The position numbers were made by a program, and so were the translations under genes. DNA of 62,267 nt, counting the filler, from Syncephalis fuscata S228 (taxonomy: Eukaryota; Fungi; Zoopagomycota), in NCBI GenBank assembly GCA_025786725.1. It is 4 parts of 4 records of this genome, joined end to end, with 100 filler letters (N's around TTAATTAATTAA, not from the genome) between each part and the next. Parts side by side here need not be neighbours in the genome. Positions count along the whole stretch, not along the records: positions 16,559 to 45,571 come from JAHLTZ010000095.1; positions 45,672 to 59,631 come from JAHLTZ010000237.1; 2 more parts are not named here. One strand, 5' to 3'. The first letter of the stretch is position 1. Every line of letters starts with the position of its first letter. This document shows positions 41,370-51,254 of the stretch, in pieces. The notes beneath the pieces were generated by a model. The model made no database searches and had not been told where the DNA came from. It worked only from the letters and a program-made list of their open reading frames with translations.

Positions 41370-42831
41370 ATGGTACCTGGATCAAGCGCTAAAGCATCTA
41401 TGGGTCACGAAGGCAACACCTTTAATCTGCCTAATCCCATGATTGATTCGACAATGTTGAGAGAGGTGTGTTTTGCAGATATTTCCGATAATCTTATTAG
41501 TAAGTTGCTATTACTATATGGGCCAAATCGCAACATGTATTAACCAATATATTTTACCTTTAGGACTGGTGGCCGAATCTGCTAATCGCGTAGTTCCTGA
41601 GATGCTACCCGCTGCTGCTCTTAATTCCTTGTCGTCAGGGTCGCGCAATAGCTCTCATCGACTTTCGTCTGCATCCAGCAATAAGCCAATCGACGCTTCT
41701 ATTGGTGCATTCCGTTCCGAACTTCCCCCTCCACCTTTGGAGGCATTTATTGCATTTGTCTCGAGATGTTCTAGAGTGCGCACCGGCACACTGATGTGTG
41801 TTGTCGTTCTCTTGGATCGTTTGCGATCACGTTTGCCCAAAGAGGCGCGTGGCCAAACATGTACAGCACATCGCCTATTTTTGGCCTCGTTAGTTATCGC
41901 CGGCAAGTATATTAGCGACTACTGGCCAAATAACAATCATTGGGATCAGCATCATATTGGCTTTCCAGCATCGGAGATTTCATTAATGGAACGTCAAATG
42001 CTACGCTTACTCGATTTCTCACTGGCCGTTGATGAATCGCATTTATTTTCAGTAGCTATACGAATGCTACCGCCAACTCACGCTATTCATCGCACCATGT
42101 TGGCCACCACATTGTCTCAGCATTCATACGCACGAAGGGCATCATCGACGTCCATACCCGGTGAATCGTCCCAACTGCACGCTGTAAATGCTTGCAACAC
42201 TATTTCGCCCAATAGCAAAAATAGCGTCAAAAGCCAGGCAATTACCCCCAGCTCTTATCCAACCAGTCATCATTTAGCACTGTCATCCAGTCATGGCACA
42301 AATAGCGATGATATGTATTATGACACAGGTGAATCTAAAATCACTTCTACTGATAACACACGAGAGAATGTACCATTAAAGTTTAACTCACGTGTTCAGC
42401 CAACAGAAACGATTTCAGACTATAAATCGCAGCAGCAGCAGCAGCAACAACAACAGCAACATTCGTTTCACACCGGCAATAACACACAGCAATCCTTTCA
42501 GTGGCCTTCCAACAATTCATTTCCCAACCATTTACATTCCGAACAGCAACAAAAACAAAAGCCACACCAGTATCAACACCAACAATCCATCTATTCAGAA
42601 TCAGCTTACCAGTCGTCAAACGGGAGAGCTATCAACAACACGACCAACCACCTCCCGGTGGTCCCGTTCCCGACTGGGACGGGCTTATCATCACGTGGCG
42701 TCAAAGATAGCCTCGCTGAAGGAAGCAATAACAACATTTCAAAGGTGACCGTTGTCAATCCAGCAGATCATATAGGCCGTTTACTTCGCAGATCCAATAC
42801 ACGAGGTCTTAGTGCTGTCGCTGGACTGTAG
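41370..42831 (+). CDS. Pho85-type cyclin (Pcl1/Pcl2-like)
   Basis: Cyclin box PPLEAFI...SRVRTGTLMC...LDRLRSRLP...CTAHRLFLASLVIAGKYISD...NNHW...EISLMERQMLRLLDFSL. ATG 41370, intron 41500-41563, Q-rich tail. Confidence 0.88.
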
Positions 42832-43579
42832 CTGCTATTGGATGTTCGTTTGTTTGATTGATTGATTGATTAACTTGTAGATAATGGTCTCTGGCAACTA
42901 CATTTGTTTATTTTGGGTCAAGTTCATACATTAGCACGGTTGCTTTTTCTGTATTTTTAATATATTCCCTATGATTTTATTCAATTAAAAGCATTTACAA
43001 ATCATTTACTTTACTCAATATAAATAATATAACATACGGCAAAAAAAATTATTTAATAACTGTCGCATTGGTGGAGTATATGGGAGTTAGATAGAGCAAA
43101 TGTAACAATTAAGCCATAAACACTTAAATACCACGAACTTGATATTATTAGTAAACAATGAATAATAGAATAAATAAAATCTGAAAGTGGAATTGTAAAC
43201 AATTATATTAAGTATTCGGACTCCGTTTTATGATGCCATTGGGTCCAAGTCCGACATTACAATAACTATAAATTTTAATAACTGTAAAGTAATGCTGTAC
43301 ATAGATGCAACAGCAACAAATATGGAATGACATGGAATTGTGATCATATGGCTTCTATTGATATTCGATTAATCTCTCTACACATGGCCAACAACAAACC
43401 TCAAATATTTCAAAGAAATTAAATAGTATGTTACATTCTTTTATCTAAATTAATTTATTGCCAGCATTTTATTAGGAAGCAATCTAACTGTGTTGTGTAT
43501 AGCAGTGCGACTTCAATTGAAACGAGTTTTACTTTGAGGTCAAAATATGGAAGTCAAAGTAAAAATGATTTGATCATAT

Positions 43580-43888
43580 AAATATTACATGTTCAATCCT
43601 TCCCTAAAGTAGGAAAATGTTGGTTCGCCTAGTTCGAATCTTGTTTTCAGGAAATGCGTGATGGGATCCTTCCGTAGAAGAAATGGTCGATATTCCAACA
43701 CGTGAGGAGAGCCACCAACGGTTTCAGTTGTAGATGGCAGGTTCTGCGTTGCGCGCGGATAGGTTCGAAATGAACCGTCTATTCTCCTAGGGGTGGCAGA
43801 CAAATGCTGCAAATGCGCGGTTAGGTCCTACGGACCGTTGTCTCACTTAAGCTAATAAATCCAAATCCAAATATTACATGTTCAATCC
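43580..43888 (+). mobile_element. Second copy of the truncated retroposon with 20-bp TSD, carried within the duplicated block
   Basis: TSD aaatattacatgttcaatcc at 43580-43599 and 43869-43888. Confidence 0.75.
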
Positions 43889-45131
43889 AATGTTTTGTTT
43901 TATTTTAATATATAGCTATACAACTTTTATTAATGGCCAATAAATACAATTGATCTGTCTTTCTATTAATGTAATAATGTATGACATTGGCTGCTTATTT
44001 TGATAAATAATTAAATTAAGCCTTACAATAGTTGGCTTAATTGGCGATCGTGTAAATGTGAGTATATAAGAGATTACAATATGATTGTAAATATTTATCC
44101 GTACAAACAACCAGCATTATAATTATAGCGACAATAATAAGTTATTTAACTACCAAAACTCGTTGATTTAGTTCTATTTACATTTCTTTGTTTTCTGTGC
44201 GTTATCTCGGTTTAACGTTGCTGCTGTTCTGGCCGCATCAGCAACAGCCAGCGTTTGATAAATGCAGTTTAGCTTAGCATAACTATAATGGTTTGCTATA
44301 GGTTATAGGTTAAAACAGTAGGCCTTTGGGCTGCCGCTTGTTTTTCCATTGGTTTCAGCTTTGGCTTGTTATTCTATATTCCATCTTATTTAACTTGTCA
44401 AAATCGAGTTTCAGGAAGATAAGCAGCAGTTAGGCCTTGGACGATTATCGGTTTATATGTGATCTACAGCCACAATATACTTGAAATTACTGGTAAGTGT
44501 CTAGTGCTTTCTGGCGTGTCTAGCTAGTGTCTGCATATGTATTGTGTGTAATCTAGCCGATGCGATTTGGTTTACAGCCGAAAAACTGCTAAAAATGACT
44601 TGTTGGAATGTCCCATTGCTTAAAATGCCACAATGCATCATCCTGCAAATAGTACTTATCGTATAGTCAAGTTCAGGTAATTTGGATTAGCCATCATTTG
44701 AACGATGATAATTGCACAACATGTGGCATGATATGTTTGGATGTGATACATTTGTGAATTCGAAACAATGATTACCCCATGACAATGGGCATAGTGTCGA
44801 ATGAAATACATGCATGTACCAATCAATACACTTATAATTTAAATATAGCTAACCTATGTATAACAGTAAAAGCTTGTATAAAAACACCGGTTTGATACAT
44901 TAAACTTGTTTTTGTATCAGTGTTGTGTGTTATTCTGTATGCATGCAAATACTGAGAACCGAATCGGTAGAAATGGCAGCAAAGATATTATTATAATTTT
45001 TACAAAACCAAACAATATATTTGTTTTCGCCAATAGTTAGATTGTGCAATAGGAAATACAGGCTAATATGCCTATTTTTATTGCATATGTACTAGATTAT
45101 GAACACTGGTACAGTACTCGTGCAAATGATT

Positions 45132-45236
45132 AGCAGGTTGAAGCAAAGACCGGGTAGGTTAAGATCAAGACTGGGCAGGTTGAAGCAAAGACTAGGTAGA
45201 TTGAAATCAAGACTGAGCAGGTTGAAATTAAGCCTA
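45132..45236 (+). repeat. 21-bp tandem repeat, about 5 units
   Basis: agcaggttgaagcaaagaccg / ggtaggttaagatcaagactg / ggcaggttgaagcaaagacta / ggtagattgaaatcaagactg / agcaggttgaaattaagccta. Confidence 0.85.
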
Positions 45237-45519
45237 GAAAGCATGCCATCATACCCTGAATCTATTGGTACACGCATATTGCAAACCATTGCCTGGGTTG
45301 CTTTATTGGCTCATAGCACACATCAATGGTGTACCTCATATACTACAGTATACTACATCTCAGTAAGCCATAAGTTTAAATAGCCCACAAAATACACACA
45401 ACCAGCTGCAATATCATCATCACATTCTACTTCTTGCTATACACGCACTACTATACACTCTATACCAACCACACTCTATTGCCTGCTCTGTTTGTTTGTC
45501 TTAACAAATTAATATCACC

Positions 45520-45571
45520 ATGAAGCTTTCTATTGCTGTCGTTTGCACCGTCGTTGTGGCTTTGATAGCCG
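45520..45571 (+). CDS. Micro-exon secreted peptide gene, copy C (start of exon 1 only; contig ends)
   Basis: ATG AAG CTT TCT ATT GCT GTC GTT TGC ACC GTC GTT GTG GCT TTG ATA GCC = MKLSIAVVCTVVVALIA, nearly identical to the copy A signal peptide. Confidence 0.8.
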
Positions 45572-45671
45572 NNNNNNNNNNNNNNNNNNNNNNNNNNNNN
45601 NNNNNNNNNNNNNNNTTAATTAATTAANNNNNNNNNNNNNNNNNNNNNNNNNNNNNNNNNNNNNNNNNNNN
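45572..45671. other. Artificial contig spacer
   Basis: N-TTAATTAATTAA-N. Confidence 0.95.
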
Positions 45672-46079
45672 GCTCAAACAATAAATCGTCGATTAGTTTT
45701 TATGCTGAAAAGTGGTTTGTTGAAGCGACGCTATGTCAATTCCGTTTGAATCAATCAGTGTCAATTAATCAGCACTATTTTCAATATCGAAATAAATAAA
45801 TAGTATTTGATGCTACTTACAATAAAATATAATAACTAAATAAATGTTGATCCATATTATTATTGCTGTAAAGTATTGAAAACATTGTAATTTAGTGATT
45901 TAATATAACTCACCATCCAGTTTCATGTTTAGTAGAACAACAAACGTGTAGTTTAATCATGTAAAGGATGTTAGCTTTGATTTTTTGACGCTGAATTACA
46001 TGAGTCTATTTATTAATTAATATATAAAAGGTATTATACGTTGACTCTCACATTTTTTATTTACTCATTTCACTCTTAT

Positions 46080-46775
46080 TTTTCTATTGCTATCTTATTG
46101 CTCTATTCAGTAATATATTATCCAATAATACCAAATATAACAATATAAATAGCATGCGTATTTGAACATCAATAAAAAGCACTATTCAATCCCTAGTCTT
46201 TATTTCTTTATTTTACATCAGCACCTGTTCAAGTAACCTCAATGGCATGCCGCATCTTCTGGTTACACCTGTTGCCACAAGATCTTCCTGATGAAGACAC
46301 TCAGCTTAGCATTATTGCATACAATGAAGGCCAATTTGCTTTATCAATGGTCGGCAAATAAACTACGCCTATTAAGTTGATACCAAGAATGCTCAAGACA
46401 ATGGTGAACATCGGAAATGCTAGTCGTTCTACCTTTTTGTCACCATAGACGAGTATCTTACATTGCAAATAGGCCCAAAATGCAGCTATAGAAGATTGGG
46501 AAATAGAAAAGACCATTCAGATGCAATAATCCATGCTGTATGTAGATACAATAACAACAACAAATACAGAACAACATAAATTGCAATCATATGGCTTTTA
46601 TTAATATTCAATCAGTCTTTCTACACATGATCAACAACAACAATAATTGGCCTTGTGAATTGCAAAGTAGTTAAATGAAAACATTATAACTATGCTCTTG
46701 TACATAACAGCGTGTTTTCAATTAAAACAATTTTACATTGAGGATCCAAATTATGAGAGTCAAAGTAAAATCGGA
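46080..46775 (-). repeat. Dispersed repeat family (related segments at ~53120-53720, ~57650-58130, ~18110-18660, ~43298-43560)
   Basis: 46080-46650 aligns with 53120-53690, including near-identical 71-aa ORFs. The shared module ctacacatg..caacaacaa recurs. Confidence 0.7.
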
Positions 46776-48346
46776 AATTTTAAAAAAGCTAAAATGCCTG
46801 ATAAGAAAAAAGTTAATTACAATAAATGCAACAAGCTCTAGTTTAAAGTTTTGCTTATTTACGTAATTTGGTTTATTGTAGCAACATCAACAGCAATGCC
46901 AATCGCATTTATTTGTTAAAAGACTTTCGACAATATACTTGTGGCAAATGCAGCTTAAAAAAATACAATACAAAAATATGCTATGTAAAGATTAGCACTA
47001 ATTGTGTTGAAACAGTAGTTAATATTGAAATAAACGTTTTTATTGAATAAATACAAATCACTAATGAAGCAGCTATCAAAATAAATAAAGTGTAATGCAG
47101 GCAAAAATTATTTGATTAATAGATATTTTTTCAATTTAAGATTTAACCAACAAATAAAATTAGGCTGGCTTATTTAGAGCGTTTCAGATATTAAATTTAG
47201 CAATTAAATCATTCCGAATTACATAAAAGTATTATTGATTTGATCAACTCAAACTAATTAGTTGGTGTATCAAGCAAGCGTGAATATATGCAAAATAATG
47301 CCGTCACCATGGCATTTGTCATTGATAAACTAAAACAATCTACTCGTAACATCCATTTCTAAATGTTGTAGTAGTCGCTCCAATGTTCTAATTTAGAAAA
47401 GTTGTGGAGCATGGCGAAAGAAGCTTAAAAGGGTGCTGTAACAAATTATTTAAACCACTTGATTTGTATTAAATCTTACGATATTTTTATTAACTAAATA
47501 AACATAACTTTTTGACAATATTAATCAGGCTATTGGTTATTTAATGTGATTTGGCAGTTAAATAGCTATAATAGCCACACATTTAAACTAAATATCCGTG
47601 TTATTGAAAATGAAACTGAGTGGTGAGTGTCATTGATTATTAAACTATTTACTTATCATTATTATTGTACTATACATATCTATTCTATACATATACTATA
47701 TGTCATCTATATTAATATTGTAAATTATAAAACTATATAATAAAAACTAATTATGCTAATAGTATTTTTTTAGCAGATTTGATTAATTTCTTCATTACTC
47801 TTGGTCCTTGCATACAGTATAGTTCTTATCACTATCACATATCTATTTGTCTACTTATTTTGTTTTATAATATTGTATGCTTTATTGCCATATTTTATTA
47901 AAAAGGTATTTATTTAATTTCAGTATAATATTATTTGGCTATATGATAATATAGCTTTGCTACTATCCATACCAATCTATGTATAGCTATACATATAATT
48001 GTACATCTTTTGTTATTTTAACTACTTGATCAATGTTGCATTATTGGATACAAATAGAACATGGTTATAATATAGCAATTTGATTGTATATAGCTAAATG
48101 AAATCACAATTTATTACTATAATTTGCACAGTTGAATAGGCAACTAGATGCAAACTTGTTGATAAAATAATGATTCCATTGATTAGAGACTGGATAAACC
48201 GGAGCATTGGCCAAAACTTGATGTATAAATAGACTGGGCGGCGTAGTTGTCAAATGGTCTTGCATTTCACCAAATATATATTTAAAGTGTATTGGACCAG
48301 TGGTTTGATTGCACTATCAATGCTGATGTCTTGAAACCATCGATTA

Positions 48347-51254
48347 TTCTGTATTTATAAATAAAAATATTATATGCCATATAATTAATGCATAGCCAGT
48401 CGATATGTAATGCTACTTACAGCCTATTAATATTAAGTTATTGATATAAATGGTGCATAATATGCAATTAGCGAGTAATTAGCTAATACAAAAATTTACA
48501 TACATTCTATTAATATCGAATAATTGATACAATTAGTAAATAGTATAGTTAATGTATAGTTAACTAATATACAATATTACTTACGAGCTATTAATATTAA
48601 ACAATTGGTACAATTAGTAAATAGTGTTAATGTAGTCAATTAATATATAATATTACTTACCAGCTATTAATATTAAACAATTAGTACAATTAATAAATAG
48701 TGTTAATGTAGTCAATTAATATATAATATTACTTACGGACTAATAATATTAAATAATTAGTACAATCGATAAATAGCAGTTAATGTATAATCAGTTAATA
48801 TACAATGTCACTTACAATCTATTAATATTAAATAGTTGATATAACCAGAATCATAGTTAATGTATAACCAATTAACATACAACACAACTTACAATCTATT
48901 AATATTAAATAATTGGTACAATCAATAAATAGCATAGTTAATGTATAGTCGATTAATATACAATACAACTTACTGTCTATTAATATTAAATAATTGGCAC
49001 AATCAGTAAATATCATAGTCAATATATAATTAGTTAATATACAATATCACTTACGACCTATTAATATTAAGTTATTAATATACACGGTGCATGGTATATA
49101 ATTAGTTAATAGTCAATTAATATACAATACTACTTACTGCCTATTATATTAAGTTGTTGGCGCACATAGTACATCATATACAATTAGCAAATAACCAATT
49201 AACATACAACACAACTTACATTCTATTAATATTAAATAGTTGGTATAATCAGTAAATAACATAGTTAATGTAGTCAATTAATATATAATATTACTTACGA
49301 ACTAATAATATTAAATAATTGATACAATCAGTAAATAACATAGTTAATGTATAGTTAATTAATGTACAATATCACTTACTGCCTATTAATATTAAGTTAT
49401 TAATATACACGGTGCATGGCATATAATTAGTTAATAGTCAATTAATATACAATACTACTTACTGCCTATTATATTAAGTTGTTGGCGCACATAGTACATC
49501 ATATACAATTAGCAAATAACCAATTAACATACAACACAACTTACAAACTATTAATATTAAATAATTGGTATAACCAAAATTATAGTTAATGTATAATAAG
49601 TTAAGTTACAATACAACTTACATTCTATTAATATTAAACAATTGATACAATCAGTAAATAGCATAGTTAATGTATAGTTAATTAATGTACAATATAACTT
49701 ACTTTCTATCAATATTAAACAATTGATACAATTAGTAAATAGCATAGTTAATGTATAGTTAATTAATGTACAATATAACTTACTAGCTATTAATATTAAA
49801 CAATTATCACAATTAGTAAATAGTGTTAATGTATAATCAGTTAATATACAATATCACTTACTGTCTATTAATATTAAATAATTAATACAATTAGTAAGTA
49901 GCAGTTAATGTATAATCAGTTAATATACAATGTTACTTACCGCCTATTAGTATTAAATAATTGGTACAATCAGTAAGTAGCATAGTTAATGTATAGTTAA
50001 TTAATATACAATGTTACTTACCGCCTATTAATGTTAAACAATTGGCATTATCAGTAAATAGTATAGTTAATGTATAATCAGTTAATATACAATGTCACTT
50101 ACCGCCTATTAATATTAAATAATTGGTACAATCGATAAATAGCATGATTAATGTATAATCAGTTAATATACAATATCACTTACGAGCTATTAATATTAAA
50201 TAATTGATGTAACCAGTAAATAACATAGTTAATGTACGGTCAGTTGACATATAATATAACTTACTGCCTATCAATATTAAATCATTGATACACACAATAC
50301 ACGATATGCAATTAGTCAATAGTTACTTAATATATGATGCTACCTACAATCTATTAATATTTGTTGATACACACAGTACATGGATATAGTTAGCGAGTAA
50401 TTAATTGATATATAATACAACTTACGACCTATTGTATTGTTAACACACACAATACATAATATATAATTAGTGTATAGTCAATTAATATGCAATGTTACTC
50501 GCTCACTATTCCATCAAATTATTGATACACATAGTGCATGGCATATAATTAGTTTATAAGTCAGTTGATATACAATGTTACTTACGACCTATTATTATTA
50601 TTAAGTTATTGGTATGCACAACAAATAATATACAATTAGCCAATGCTCAATTAATATACAATATAACTTACATGCTATTGATATTAAATTGTTGATATAC
50701 ACGATGCATGGCATATAATTAATAAGTAATTGGTTGATATATAATATGACTTACTTTCTATGGCATTAAGTTGTAATACACATAGTGTATGAAATATCAT
50801 TAGTCTATAAGTCATCAATATACAATATCACTTACTGCCTATTAGTATTAAGTTATTGATATGCATAACATATAATATATAATTAGTAAGTAAGCAATTC
50901 ATATACAATACAACTTACATTCCGCTAATATTAGGTTATTGATGGATGTAGTGCATGACACATAATTAGTGTATTTTTATTGATATGCAATACAACTTAC
51001 CAACTATTGATATTAAGTTATTTATAAACACAATAAATAGTATACAATTAGCGTGTAAATAATTAATATATGATATTACTTGCCAGCTATTATAATTATT
51101 AGTTAGAAATACTGTTAATAAACAAATGCTGTTATATTTAGTAATATTGCAACATACTACCACGACGGACTAAGGCTGGATTAGCATCCACCATGGCTGT
51201 ACTGGCCACAAGAGCCACGACAATGGTGCAAACGACGGCAATGGAAAGCTTCAT
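48347..51254 (-). CDS. Micro-exon secreted cysteine-rich pre-pro-peptide gene, copy A (36 exons, 35 introns, 67 aa)
   Basis: Exon 1 (51254-51158) encodes signal peptide + NPALVRR + G. 34 micro-exons (33 of 3 nt, one of 6 nt) are each bounded by AG and GT/GC donors. Spliced product: MKLSIAVVCTIVVALVASTAMVDANPALVRR-GTVAECKTCLSHCTRGGDTKKFCSIQCSHNYFPAQC, then TAA TAA. Confidence 0.88.

Larger units (their letters stand above)
43298..45519 (+). promoter_or_regulatory. Conserved upstream region of micro-exon peptide gene copy C, including a TATA-like tttaaatagccc at ~45375
   Basis: Homologous to the upstream regions of copy A (51255-53720, minus) and, proximally, copy B (~9030-9326). Confidence 0.6.

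Noticed and set aside
45099-45383. 94-aa ORF with heptad RLKQRLG repeats
   Set aside because: A by-product of the 21-bp promoter repeat; not conserved in the paralogous promoters.
48400-51100. CRISPR array or plain minisatellite interpretation of the ~80-bp repeats (also 9780-10520 and 60360-62267)
   Set aside because: The variable part is only 3 nt, the repeats are degenerate and bounded by splice signals, there are no cas genes, and the context is eukaryotic. The triplets decode to a coherent peptide.
48828-51163. ORF-track peptides such as MTMIFTDCANYLILID and MVVCCNITKY
   Set aside because: Chance read-through of intron repeats, superseded by the spliced model.
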